Of a DNA stretch of 64,000 nt, positions 25,397 to 35,382 are shown piece after piece. The notes below the pieces were generated by a model that was not told the DNA's origin, did no database searches, and saw only the letters and a list, made by a program, of their open reading frames with translations. Position numbers and translations under genes: made by a program. Numbering within the stretch: position 1 is the stretch's first letter; the number at the start of each line of letters is the position of its first letter. The DNA lies in contig DBQF01000003.1 of NCBI GenBank assembly GCA_002305115.1, forward strand, positions 1,338 to 65,337. Reading direction: 5' to 3'. Source of the stretch: a candidate division WWE3 bacterium UBA1401. Its GTDB lineage: Bacteria > Patescibacteriota > WWE3 > UBA101185 > UBA10185.

Positions 25397-25424
25397 TTGC
25401 CACCCTACAAACCCACGGTATAAT
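25397..25424 (+). promoter_or_regulatory. hisS promoter: TTGCCA (25397-25402), 16 nt, TATAAT (25419-25424), 10 nt before the ATG
   Basis: Read directly. No SD is present between the -10 and the start. Confidence 0.5.
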
Positions 25425-25434
25425 GTAACAAGCT

Positions 25435-26766
25435 ATGGCTAACACAATAAACACCAAAACCATGCCCGGATTCATGGAACTGCTTCCAAACGAGCAGAGA
25501 CTCTTTAATTGGATGAAAAACACAATTCAGAAAGGCTTTGAGACCTTTGGCTTTACACCAATAAACACACCGATCATGGAAAGAGCAGAAGTGATACTTG
25601 CCAAAGCAGGTGGTGACACCGAAAAACAAATTTATACAGTAAGTAAACTAGCTACCAAAACAACCGAAGACATTGCCCTTCGCTTTGACTTAACCGTTCC
25701 ACTAGCACGCTACGTAGCAGACCATTTTTATGAGCTTACTTTTCCATTTAGAAGATATGCTATTGGCAAGGTTTACCGCGGTGAAAGATCCCAAGCCGGC
25801 AGGTTCAAGGAATTCTATCAAGCAGATATTGATGTTGTTGGCAACAAAGAACTTAGTTTTAGGTACGACGCGGAACTTCCCAGCGTTATCTACACTATTT
25901 TTAAAAAGCTTAACATTGGAAACTTCACCATTCGCATAAATAACAGAAAGGTTCTAAATGGCTATTTTGAGTCTTTGGGACTAAGTGAACAAGCTACATC
26001 GGTACTGCGCTCATTAGATAAGCTTGAGAAAATAGGGGAAGATGGGGTCAGGAAAGAGCTGGAAGCCCTAAAACTTCCAGAAGATGTCATAGCTAAGATC
26101 TTTGAATTTACACAAATAAAAGGTAATGCTTCTGAAGTCATTAGGTGCCTAAAAGCTTTAGATATAGCTAATGATACTTTTGCCCGGGGCGTAGACGAAT
26201 TAAGCCAGGTTATGGGTTTTGTAAGAGAGTTTGGAATTCCCGAAGACTATTACACTATTGATCTGAAAATTGCCAGGGGCCTTGATTATTATACGAGTAC
26301 CGTTTATGAAACAACGCTAGATGCTTACCCCGAAATTGGCTCAATCTGCTCCGGCGGCAGGTATGATAATTTGGCAAGTTATTTTATAGACAAAGAACTC
26401 CCGGGCGTGGGAATTTCTATTGGATTAACTAGAATGTTCGACCAATTGCTGGCTAGAAATATTATTAGACCGGAAGCGGCAACACCCACTAATGTACTGG
26501 TTATCCCTTTGGAAGATCAGTTTTTATCAAAGGCTATGGATCTTGCAAATACTTTAAGAGCTGAAAATGTTCCAACAGAGGTTTCGTTTGAACAGGGCAG
26601 TTTGCGCGATAAGCTTGAATATGCAAATAAGCTTGGTATTCCGTATGTGGCGTTTATTGGTGCTAATGAGGTGGAGAAAAATGTATTCACACTTAAGGAT
26701 TTTATCTCAGGCACACAGGAAGAACTTAGCACAGAACAATTGATATCAAAACTTAGAAGAAGCTAA
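25435..26766 (+). CDS. hisS: histidine--tRNA ligase
   Basis: Class II motif 2 FRRYAIGKVYRGERSQAGRFKEFYQADIDVVG, GGRYDNL, and a C-terminal anticodon-binding domain. 443 aa. Confidence 0.92.
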   Translation: MANTINTKTMPGFMELLPNEQRLFNWMKNTIQKGFETFGFTPINTPIMERAEVILAKAGGDTEKQIYTVSKLATKTTEDIALRFDLTVPLARYVADHFYELTFPFRRYAIGKVYRGERSQAGRFKEFYQADIDVVGNKELSFRYDAELPSVIYTIFKKLNIGNFTIRINNRKVLNGYFESLGLSEQATSVLRSLDKLEKIGEDGVRKELEALKLPEDVIAKIFEFTQIKGNASEVIRCLKALDIANDTFARGVDELSQVMGFVREFGIPEDYYTIDLKIARGLDYYTSTVYETTLDAYPEIGSICSGGRYDNLASYFIDKELPGVGISIGLTRMFDQLLARNIIRPEAATPTNVLVIPLEDQFLSKAMDLANTLRAENVPTEVSFEQGSLRDKLEYANKLGIPYVAFIGANEVEKNVFTLKDFISGTQEELSTEQLISKLRRS

Positions 26767-26859
26767 TGGTTACGGAACCATAACCTTGTCAATAGGTAAA
26801 TTCATTGTACTACAGTCATCAGTAAGCGGATTACACAATACATATTATATAATCCTGGC

Positions 26860-27105
26860 ATGCCGGATAAAGCATCCCTCTTAAAAAAACTTAAAAAGTA
26901 TAACCCCAAAGTACTTGAGGAACCCAGTGTTATTGCCAAAGCAATCAACAAAAAATGGGACCTTGAGATTTTAATGGAACACCTGGACTTTGAAGATCTA
27001 ATGTTTGTACCAGAATGGAACCTTAAAGATTATGAAGGTATTTTTTGCTTGGAATATGAGAACTATGTGTGTTGGCGAGAAGATCAGTTGCATAAGTGGG
27101 TATAG
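26860..27105 (+). CDS. hypothetical small protein
   Basis: 81-aa ORF with TATAAT (26848-26853) plus 6 nt before the ATG. No motif recognised. Confidence 0.4.
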   Translation: MPDKASLLKKLKKYNPKVLEEPSVIAKAINKKWDLEILMEHLDFEDLMFVPEWNLKDYEGIFCLEYENYVCWREDQLHKWV

Positions 27106-27150
27106 AAATGAATCAATGTCTTTAAGGCGCAGAAGTACTATAATCACAAC

Positions 27151-27442
27151 ATGACTTGGTTACTATTTGCAGGCGGATCTGTCCTCTTCTTTACAACATT
27201 AAACCTATTGCAAAGAATAATTGCTACAGATAGCAGGAACGAAAGAGCAATGGCAATAGTATTCAATGTTATAGCAGGGATTATTGCACTAATCCTATTT
27301 ACACTCACAGGCTCTTATAGTACAAACTTCAAGCCTAATCACTGTGGCATTGGGCATTCTTATACTTAAAGAAAAAGACTATGTATATCGTAAAGTTATC
27401 GCAGGCATGATGGCTTTGCTCGGTGCTTATTTGTTGATATGA
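27151..27442 (+). pseudogene. EamA/DMT-type transporter remnant (internal deletion plus frameshift)
   Basis: The N-terminal TM segment ORF (27151-27369) changes frame into QTSSLITVALGILILKEKDYVYRKVIAGMMALLGAYLLI, a typical EamA C-terminal helix pair. The total is about 97 codons. Confidence 0.45.
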
Positions 27443-27484
27443 TCATAACTCCTTTGGTGTGGGAGAAACCGTAAAGTAATACGG

Positions 27485-27499
27485 TATAATTGGCATATG
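27485..27499 (+). promoter_or_regulatory. TATAAT (27485-27490), 6 nt, then ddl ATG
   Basis: Read directly. Leaderless layout. Confidence 0.45.
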
Positions 27500-28693
27500 A
27501 CTACTAACTCCCAAAAAAAGAACCTCATCGTTATCTTCGGCGGCATATCCCCAGAACACGAAGTATCCGTAATCACGGGCATACAAGTACTGGCTAACGC
27601 TGATACTGCCAAATACAACGTTATACCAATATATGTGACCAAAACAGGCAAATGGTATACAGGAAACAACCTTTTCAGTGCAGAAACCTATGTGAATTTG
27701 GAAGCCATTCCGGCTATAACACAAGAAGTCTACATAAACCCTAACGAACAAGGCTATCTAAAAACAAAATCAGCCGGGTTATTTAGTAAGGAACAAAAAC
27801 TTAAGATCGACGTTATACTCCCGTGTTTCCACGGGGGAGTAGGGGAAAACGGCGCCTTCCAAGGGCTATTTGAGATTGCTAACGTGCCATATGTAGGCTC
27901 CAATGTTTTGGGATCGTGTTTAGGCATGGACAAGGTTGTCATGAAACAAATACTTTTGCAAAACAATATTAACGTTGCACCTTACGCCTACTTCTATAAA
28001 ACAGATTGGGCTTCAGATAAAACAAAGATAATTGAGGGCTTGGAAAAGTCACTAACATACCCTATGTTCGTAAAACCTGCTAACTCTGGTTCAAGCATAG
28101 GAATAACAAAAGTTAATTCACAAGATAACCTTGCAAATGCAATCGATGTTGCTTTTGCTTTTGACAGAAAAGTTATCGTGGAATCGGGTATACAAGAAGC
28201 CCGGGAACTGAATATTTCCGTTATGGGTATTTCAGGAGAAAACCTTGTTGTTTCTGAAATTGAGGAAGTTTATGCGTCTAAAGAATTCTTGAACTACGAG
28301 GACAAATACGTGGGGGAAGGAGGTAAATCTAAAGGCATGGCATCTACTAAAAGACAGATTCCTGCAGCTATATCAGAAGAAACTAAGAATATGGTGCAAA
28401 CTATCGCCAAAAAAGCTTTTGCAGTGCTTAACGCAGGGGGACTTGCACGAATAGATTTCCTTGTAGATGAAGAATCTAATACTTACTATCTAATTGAAAT
28501 TAACACAATTCCAGGAAGTATGAGCTTTTACCTGTGGGAAGCTACAGGTCTGCAGTTTTCAGCACTAATAGACAAGCTGATAAATATAGCCGAAAAAACA
28601 CATGAGTTAAATGCCGAGAGAACTACAACATTTCCCAACAACATCTTAAAAAACTTCAAGCCCTCGCTCAAAGCCCCCAAACTAACAGGTTAG
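27497..28693 (+). CDS. ddl: D-alanine--D-alanine ligase
   Basis: IVIFGGISPEHEVSVITG start, ATP-grasp core (FVKPANSGSSIGI), EINTIPG. Confidence 0.9.
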   Translation: MTTNSQKKNLIVIFGGISPEHEVSVITGIQVLANADTAKYNVIPIYVTKTGKWYTGNNLFSAETYVNLEAIPAITQEVYINPNEQGYLKTKSAGLFSKEQKLKIDVILPCFHGGVGENGAFQGLFEIANVPYVGSNVLGSCLGMDKVVMKQILLQNNINVAPYAYFYKTDWASDKTKIIEGLEKSLTYPMFVKPANSGSSIGITKVNSQDNLANAIDVAFAFDRKVIVESGIQEARELNISVMGISGENLVVSEIEEVYASKEFLNYEDKYVGEGGKSKGMASTKRQIPAAISEETKNMVQTIAKKAFAVLNAGGLARIDFLVDEESNTYYLIEINTIPGSMSFYLWEATGLQFSALIDKLINIAEKTHELNAERTTTFPNNILKNFKPSLKAPKLTG

Positions 28694-30087
28694 TAGTTTT
28701 CCGGCAGATCATTTTCAATAAGGACAACAGGAAGTTCAAGCTGCAGTTTCGCTAAAACAGCAGGAAGTTCCTTTATAGAATTGATAAACTGTACTTTGTC
28801 ATGCGCAACTGCCAAAGCCAACCCCTCTGTCCGAGAACTATGGCCTACCAAAATTACAAAATCACAAAGCCCATTAGCCAGGGTACCTAACTCTTTGTGT
28901 ACCACTTCTGTCTTACGTCCTAGCTCCACAATACCCGGTGTAACTAAAACTTTAGGCCTGGTTGTAAAAGAACTCAAGTAATTAAGTGCAACTTTGAACC
29001 CATCAACATTACTACTATAGGCATCATCAACAAAAGTAGTGCCATTTGGATAATTAATCAACTCTAATCTGTGAGGACTAGGTTTTAGCAGCCGCAAAAC
29101 CTCGGAAACAGTACCTGTAGGAACGCCTAGCTTAGCAGCCAAGGAAGCCGCCGCCAAAGCATTTGCAATATTTCCTTCACCACAAAGTGAGAGTTCTAAT
29201 GTTCCCAGTGAGTAATCGCTAAGAACAAAGTCACACACAGCCTTACCGTCAATATAATTCAGGTTTTTGTAGTAATTATCCGGAGAATTCTTCCCGTAAA
29301 AAAGAGCTTTAGCTGTATAGCTCTTATAGTTGTGCGCAATGTTGGTGTTATCTACATTTAGCAATTTAATACCGTTTTCCGGAATTGCCTGAATAAGTTC
29401 AAACTTTGCTTTGATTATGTTTTCAATAGAACCGAACCTTTCCAAGTGCTGCTCGTTTATACCAGTAAGAATTCCGTGATCAGGAAGTACTACATCGCAA
29501 AGCTCCTTAATTTCACCCCGGCAGTAAGCACCCATCTCACAGATAAAAAAGTCATAACCTTCATAAAGTTCAAGATCTATAACCTTATAAATACCAAATA
29601 AGGTGTTGTAACTTTCTGGTGTTTTTAGTACCTTATATTTAGTTTTAAGCATTTGATACAGGTACTCTTTGGTTGTTGTTTTGCCATAGGAACCAGTAAT
29701 ACCAATAACCTGCAAACCTTGCTGCTTAAGTTTTGTAATTTTCTTTTTTATCAAGCGCTTAACCCTCATTCTATTAGCAAATTCATAGGGCTTTAGGGTA
29801 GCTAACCCAGCCAAAAGAAAGGTATAGGGTTGTGTAAACAGAGTAAGACCTAGTAATAAGCCATACAGTCTTAGAGAAGTTACTAGCAATACAAATGCCG
29901 CAAAGGCGTAACATACAGCAAGGTAGTAAAGTAGCTTGGCTTTACGAGTCCAGACCAAAGGCTTTTTTTCTTCTATCGTCCTTACAAAGTAATTAGTAAT
30001 TACCCACTTAAGAAATCTGATAGAAGAATAGCCCTCAAGTTGAAAAACGTGTAGATACAATTTTAGAGGAAACAGCTTATTTAGCAT
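28690..30087 (-). CDS. murF: Mur ligase, MurF-like (UDP-MurNAc-tripeptide--D-Ala-D-Ala ligase), with a hydrophobic N-terminal extension
   Basis: GITGSYGKTTTKE P-loop, CEMGAY, a DDAYSSN-type C-terminal domain. The first 110 aa or so contain 2-3 TM-like helices. Confidence 0.75.
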   Translation of the reverse strand: MLNKLFPLKLYLHVFQLEGYSSIRFLKWVITNYFVRTIEEKKPLVWTRKAKLLYYLAVCYAFAAFVLLVTSLRLYGLLLGLTLFTQPYTFLLAGLATLKPYEFANRMRVKRLIKKKITKLKQQGLQVIGITGSYGKTTTKEYLYQMLKTKYKVLKTPESYNTLFGIYKVIDLELYEGYDFFICEMGAYCRGEIKELCDVVLPDHGILTGINEQHLERFGSIENIIKAKFELIQAIPENGIKLLNVDNTNIAHNYKSYTAKALFYGKNSPDNYYKNLNYIDGKAVCDFVLSDYSLGTLELSLCGEGNIANALAAASLAAKLGVPTGTVSEVLRLLKPSPHRLELINYPNGTTFVDDAYSSNVDGFKVALNYLSSFTTRPKVLVTPGIVELGRKTEVVHKELGTLANGLCDFVILVGHSSRTEGLALAVAHDKVQFINSIKELPAVLAKLQLELPVVLIENDLPENY

Positions 30088-30811
30088 CTAAAAATTCCAT
30101 AACGATATTAATAAAATCAGTGGGTTTATCTAGGTGAGGGTCGTGCCCGGCACCCCATATTATACGAACAACACAATCAGGAATAGCGGATTTGAAGAAT
30201 GTAGTCATATCAACAGGTAAAACACTATCGTTACTTCCCCAAACTACAAGCGTTGGCTTGGTAATTTTAGGAAGAACAGGTGACAAATCCTCATTTACAA
30301 TTTTAACAAGGGTCTCGCGAAGCTCACCTGCAGCATTATAGTCAGCACTACCCAACATAGTCTTAACTTTTCTAACAACCTTCAAAGGGAATAACTTTGC
30401 CATAAGTTTGGCTACCCGCAGAAATGCTTTATAAGCTATTTTCTTCTTTTCAATGCCCGCACTATCAACAAGAATAAGTTTGGAAACTAGGTTTGATGTA
30501 CCTAGGACAATAGCAATTCTGCCTCCAACCGAGTGCCCCACCAGTGTACAGTGCTTAATAGATAACTTAGCTAAAAGACTTTCTATGAAATGGGCATAAT
30601 CCACAACACCATAGGGCTCTTTAGGGGCTACTGTACCCCCAAAACCAGGTAAATCTACTAAAACTAGTTTGTAGCTTGATGCTAAGTAATCGGCTACACC
30701 TTCCCATTCTGTTAAAGATCTACCCCAACCGTGTAGAATTACCACAGCCTGGTTGTTTTCCTCACCATATACTTTGTAGTTAGTTAGCAGACCATTGATG
30801 ATTGTTTGCAT
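30077..30811 (-). CDS. alpha/beta hydrolase
   Basis: VVILHGWG, nucleophile elbow GHSVGG, C-terminal GAGHDPH. Confidence 0.75.
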   Translation of the reverse strand: MQTIINGLLTNYKVYGEENNQAVVILHGWGRSLTEWEGVADYLASSYKLVLVDLPGFGGTVAPKEPYGVVDYAHFIESLLAKLSIKHCTLVGHSVGGRIAIVLGTSNLVSKLILVDSAGIEKKKIAYKAFLRVAKLMAKLFPLKVVRKVKTMLGSADYNAAGELRETLVKIVNEDLSPVLPKITKPTLVVWGSNDSVLPVDMTTFFKSAIPDCVVRIIWGAGHDPHLDKPTDFINIVMEFLDAK

Positions 30812-30847
30812 AAAGCAATTTTCTCACGCGGAAAGTCAAAACTAAAA

Positions 30848-31936
30848 TCAGTTTTTACATTCTTTATCCAAAAAGTCTACCATTGCCACCAAAGCCAATG
30901 GCGGAAGCCAGGTAATATACTGCGGAAAAATCACCGGATTGAAAATCGCAAATACCATTAATCCCACAAATGCATAAGCAAATTTTGGAATCTTCCTAAG
31001 TAAAAGCATTACAACCGCAAACAAACTTGCTATAAGCAAAGGTAATCTTGGTGTTAGCTGCTGCAATAAAGTTCCTGTATTAAACCCAGGGTTATAAGTA
31101 ATAAGAAGACCACTGTAACCAAACAGAATTTCCGAACTAAACGGCGCTCTAGTTAAACTGAACAACATAGATTTATAAAAACTTACTGCGTTATCTTGCA
31201 AAAAGGGTAGTGTGGGGATAAGAACAGTTGCAATCAGTAGCGCCAAATTTGTACCAAACTTTTTAGGTGAGTCTTCTTTAAAAAGTAGGGGAGTAAGGTA
31301 AAGTGGTGCCACAAAAATTCCAATGTGCTTAATACCAAGAGATAACCCATACAAAACATAGGCAAGCCATCTTATTTTAGAGTCCCTAAAAAAATAAAGC
31401 GAGAACAACAAGAGAGCAATCGCAATCATGTCCTGCTTTAAGAAAAGAAAGCTATTGAGCGTCCAAACATTAAACATATAAAAAAGTGCTGCACTTAAGC
31501 CAATAAACTTTTTGTTAATTCGGCGAAAAATCAAGTAAATTGCAGCTCCGCCGAGCAGTTGGAACTGGAATAAAATTACCCGGAATTTCTCGATAAAACC
31601 ACTAAATTCGTGATTTGCCAAGGTTTTTATATAAGAAAGAAAATAGAAATATAAGGGAAATTGGGTGGCGTATTTGTCATTTTCCAGCATGTTACTTTCC
31701 AGAATTCTGTTGTAGGGGTTTTCACCTTCCTGAAGTTGTTTGGCAGCCTGGTATTCGTAATAGATGTCTTCTTTTTTGAAGTAGAATTCTTCATCGTAAT
31801 CGGTGCTAAAGTCTACTTGATAGACAAGGAGAGCTGTTAGCAGTATTAGTAATATTTCCAGGTTAAGATTGGTGAAGAGTTTTATTTTAGGCATGCAGCC
31901 TATTGTAGCATTCATCAGTTTATACAAAAACAACAA
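30848..31936 (-). CDS. polytopic membrane protein, GT-C-like glycosyltransferase (tentative)
   Basis: About 9-10 TM helices. First-loop acidic cluster DFSTDYDEEFYF. Start uncertain (31936, 31915 or 31894). Confidence 0.45.
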   Translation of the reverse strand: MLFLYKLMNATIGCMPKIKLFTNLNLEILLILLTALLVYQVDFSTDYDEEFYFKKEDIYYEYQAAKQLQEGENPYNRILESNMLENDKYATQFPLYFYFLSYIKTLANHEFSGFIEKFRVILFQFQLLGGAAIYLIFRRINKKFIGLSAALFYMFNVWTLNSFLFLKQDMIAIALLLFSLYFFRDSKIRWLAYVLYGLSLGIKHIGIFVAPLYLTPLLFKEDSPKKFGTNLALLIATVLIPTLPFLQDNAVSFYKSMLFSLTRAPFSSEILFGYSGLLITYNPGFNTGTLLQQLTPRLPLLIASLFAVVMLLLRKIPKFAYAFVGLMVFAIFNPVIFPQYITWLPPLALVAMVDFLDKECKN

Positions 31937-31957
31937 ACCACATGATAAAATTACAAT

Positions 31958-32746
31958 GTGCGTAAGACCATCTTCATAGATGAATCAGGTATAGCAGACT
32001 TAACTGATTATACCTATAGAAATTTTGTACTAACATCAGTGACAGTAGATAATTCGGAACTGGAAACTATATATGGCTACTTTTCTCTTATAAAACGTAA
32101 ATATGGCTTAACACTAGATGAGCCTTTTCACACCTATGACCTGCTTGAAAACCCTGCAAAAAGATTATCCCCCGAACAAGGTAAATTATTCATTAGGTCC
32201 ATGGTCGAATTTATTGAACTCGTGCCCATGGAAATAACTGCCATATTCGTGGATAAAGTAAAGTTTAGAAAGATATTTAGCGTAGATAGCGATGACCTTA
32301 GGGGCTCAAGGGATAATAAAGAAAAAAGAGGGATTATCTACTATTTGGCAGCGCTTAAGCAACTTCAACTTTTTACAGACAAGCTCAGTGAAACAGGCTC
32401 AATTGGGTACATACACGCAGATTCTAGAACTTATCAAGACAGAGACCTTCTTGAGGCGTTCTTACATATCAAACAGAAACTACTACGGGGAAACCTAAAT
32501 AATTTGTACTACTCTGAAGCAAAAAGACGATTGGTTTCAATTACATTTGCTGACAAAGAAGCGCTATCCAATGGCATACAACTAGCGGACTTTGCTTCGT
32601 TTATAATTTTTGCGTACCTTCAAAAACAAATCTCACTTTTCGATGACATAAAACTAAGAACTATCTGGAGAAAAATAAAACCAAATATTAAATTGATTGA
32701 ACTCGTTAAAAGTACTGGTAAAGAAAGAGTTAAAAAGTATTTATAA
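31958..32746 (+). CDS. DUF3800 family protein
   Basis: IFIDESG at the N-terminus and GIQLADFASFIIFAY near the C-terminus. GTG start preceded by TGaTAAAAT (31946-31951) plus 6 nt. Confidence 0.6.
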   Translation: MRKTIFIDESGIADLTDYTYRNFVLTSVTVDNSELETIYGYFSLIKRKYGLTLDEPFHTYDLLENPAKRLSPEQGKLFIRSMVEFIELVPMEITAIFVDKVKFRKIFSVDSDDLRGSRDNKEKRGIIYYLAALKQLQLFTDKLSETGSIGYIHADSRTYQDRDLLEAFLHIKQKLLRGNLNNLYYSEAKRRLVSITFADKEALSNGIQLADFASFIIFAYLQKQISLFDDIKLRTIWRKIKPNIKLIELVKSTGKERVKKYL

Positions 32747-32935
32747 TTTATAGTCAGATGAAGTTTACAAAATACCCTGATAGAAATAATAGGATACTTT
32801 GTGAACTTCACCTAATGGTGAAGGTTCACTGTAAACAGTATACGAAATAATGCTAAAAAGTCAAAAGTTTCTCTGGCAGGTTTGATAACAACATAAGAAC
32901 TTGCCAATAACAGCAAAAACCACATATAATCCCCT

Positions 32936-33898
32936 GTGACCAACTTTTGGCAAACACTACAAAAACCAATAACAGCTCTTGCACCAATGGATGACGTAAC
33001 AGACTTCGCGTTCAGAGAGATCATTGCCCAAATTGCCAAACCGGCAGTGCTTTTCACCGAATTCACGAGTGTAGACGCATTATTTTCCAAAGACAGTGAA
33101 AACATGCTTAACAGGTTAAAATTCAGCGAGTCTCAGCGGCCAATAGTAGCCCAACTTTGGGGAACAATTCCGGCAAACTACACAAGAGCAGCAAACTTAA
33201 TTGCGGATTTTGGTTTTGACGGCATAGACATTAACATGGGTTGTCCGGACAAAAACATTATGAAAAGAGGCTCGGGTGCCGCGCTCATTAATAACAAACC
33301 GTTAGTAGCCAATATCATCAAAGCTATACGGGAAGGCGCCCCAGATTTACCAATTAGTGTGAAAACCCGGCTTGATGTAGACGAACAGTCCACTGAGGAA
33401 TGGCTTAAATTTCTGCTAGCCCAAGGCATACAGGTTGTAACTTTGCACAGTAGGGAGGCGGCAGCCATGTCTAAAGGCCAGGCAAACTGGGAAACAATAG
33501 GTAGGTTAGTGAAATTAAGAAATAAGATAAATCCTAATATTCTCGTTATGGGAAATGGTGATGTGAAATCTTTACAAGAAGTTCAAGAAAAGTACAAGAC
33601 TTATGGTGTTGATGGCGTAATGATAGGCAGAGGCATTTTTTATAACCCTTGGCTTTTCGAGCATGCACAGACAAAGCATACCAAAACAGACTATCTAAAC
33701 TTATTGGAAAAACACGCAGAGCTTTTTCACACAACTTGGGGAACTTCCAAAAATTTCCAAATTATGAAAAAGTTCGTCAAAGTTTATGTAAAAAGCTTCA
33801 AAGGCTCAGCGGCAGTAAGACAGAAACTAATGGATAGCCGTAACTACGAAGAATTTATCAACATACTAGGGTCACTAGGTCCTCATACAACTCTCTAA
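32936..33898 (+). CDS. dus: tRNA-dihydrouridine synthase
   Basis: LAPMDDVTDFAFREI, DINMGCPDKNIMKRGSGAAL (catalytic Cys), VTLHSR. GTG start 5 nt after TATAAT (32925-32930). Confidence 0.85.
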   Translation: MTNFWQTLQKPITALAPMDDVTDFAFREIIAQIAKPAVLFTEFTSVDALFSKDSENMLNRLKFSESQRPIVAQLWGTIPANYTRAANLIADFGFDGIDINMGCPDKNIMKRGSGAALINNKPLVANIIKAIREGAPDLPISVKTRLDVDEQSTEEWLKFLLAQGIQVVTLHSREAAAMSKGQANWETIGRLVKLRNKINPNILVMGNGDVKSLQEVQEKYKTYGVDGVMIGRGIFYNPWLFEHAQTKHTKTDYLNLLEKHAELFHTTWGTSKNFQIMKKFVKVYVKSFKGSAAVRQKLMDSRNYEEFINILGSLGPHTTL

Positions 33899-33948
33899 CA
33901 AAAAATTCACAACACTTACACACAAACTTGGTAAACAGATAACAGCCT

Positions 33949-35382
33949 ATGAGAAGTATAGCCAAAAACTTATATAGCCACAGATATAACCTTGTTCTGG
34001 CATTTATCATACTTGGGGCTTTTATAGTGCGAATTATAAACCTTAATTACAATTCACCCTTTAATGACGAAGCAATATACATAGTTATAGGAAGGATGGG
34101 ACTTTTTGAAAACGATTTTTATACCTACAACGCAAGAAGCTGGATGGCGGGTGTCCCATATATCTACCCGGTGATTACGTCTTTGGCATATTACATGGGC
34201 AATATCGTAGGATCTAGATTGTTAAACATTATCTTTGGAGTGTTGATAATCGAACAGATATACATATTCACCAAGTCGCTCAGACTCTTTAACACACATA
34301 CAAATATTGTCGCGGGGATTATAGCGTCTGTGATTGTGGGCTTTGCGGGTGTAGGTATCTATACAAGCAGACTAGCTACATACGATATACTCAGCTTTTT
34401 GCTTTTTTTCCTTGGCATTAATTCTTATATTAAAGCAGTTCACCATAACAGTAGCAAATACTATTTTCTGGCAGCACTAGGCTTAATGCTGGCATTCTAT
34501 ACCAAACTCATTATTGGGGTATATTTACCATTTTTACTAATGCTTTCCTTTTTTATCAACTTGAAAACTACCACAAATTATTGGCGCATTTACTTTTTTG
34601 GAACTTTCATAGTACTTGCAGCAATCTATATAGTGTTCAACTATGACGGCGTATACGTCTTTCTGCACGATAACGTTGCCAATGAATATACCTCCGCCCA
34701 AAACATACTGGGTGTCATTACCAAAAACACTGCTACTATATGGATGACGGGAGTATTATCTGCAGTTGTGCTAATGGCAAGGAAAAAGCGTATACCCGTT
34801 CTAGTGTTAGGCGCCTTTGCAGTACTGATCCCAGGAATTCATTTTGCAATTCATCGCGTTGCCACCATAGAAAAACACCTGTACCTATCTGTACTCTTTC
34901 TAAGCCCGCTTATCGGTTATGCAATGGCATCAATGCTAACGTTAAAAAGTAAACTAAACTATATAACTACACCAATATTAATACTGGCACTGGGGTTTTA
35001 TAGTTTGCAATATCGTGCCATAACCAAACAGTTAGAACAGGAATGGGTTGATACCACAAGCCTAGATGCTTTCTTACGTAAACATGTGCAACCCAATGAT
35101 AGAGTTTTGACCGAGATAGGCGCATCTACAATTCTAGCTTTGTATGACAAGACCTTCCCGACTAATATCACAACTTTTGACTGGATAGACTACTATGGTG
35201 ATACTTCGAAAGACGCATACTTAAGCTCAATCAGAGATGGCTTTTACGATTATATAGAAATTGACGGCACTTTTAGAGATGTAGAAAACCTTAGGAAACA
35301 AATTATAGAAGCTACTTCCCAAAATAACTATTCAATTGTCTTTACAGAAGGGAATATAGTGTTATATGCAAAAGCCAGATGA
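33949..35382 (+). CDS. GT-C fold membrane glycosyltransferase (ArnT/PMT_2-like)
   Basis: Multi-TM protein. First-loop motif SPFNDEAIY. Soluble C-terminal domain. Confidence 0.6.
   Translation: MRSIAKNLYSHRYNLVLAFIILGAFIVRIINLNYNSPFNDEAIYIVIGRMGLFENDFYTYNARSWMAGVPYIYPVITSLAYYMGNIVGSRLLNIIFGVLIIEQIYIFTKSLRLFNTHTNIVAGIIASVIVGFAGVGIYTSRLATYDILSFLLFFLGINSYIKAVHHNSSKYYFLAALGLMLAFYTKLIIGVYLPFLLMLSFFINLKTTTNYWRIYFFGTFIVLAAIYIVFNYDGVYVFLHDNVANEYTSAQNILGVITKNTATIWMTGVLSAVVLMARKKRIPVLVLGAFAVLIPGIHFAIHRVATIEKHLYLSVLFLSPLIGYAMASMLTLKSKLNYITTPILILALGFYSLQYRAITKQLEQEWVDTTSLDAFLRKHVQPNDRVLTEIGASTILALYDKTFPTNITTFDWIDYYGDTSKDAYLSSIRDGFYDYIEIDGTFRDVENLRKQIIEATSQNNYSIVFTEGNIVLYAKAR

Noticed and set aside
32812-33105. 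97-aa minus-strand ORF overlapping the dus start
   Set aside because: It overlaps the well-supported dus N-terminus (LAPMDDVTDFAFREI) and the dus promoter. It has no motif or start signal.
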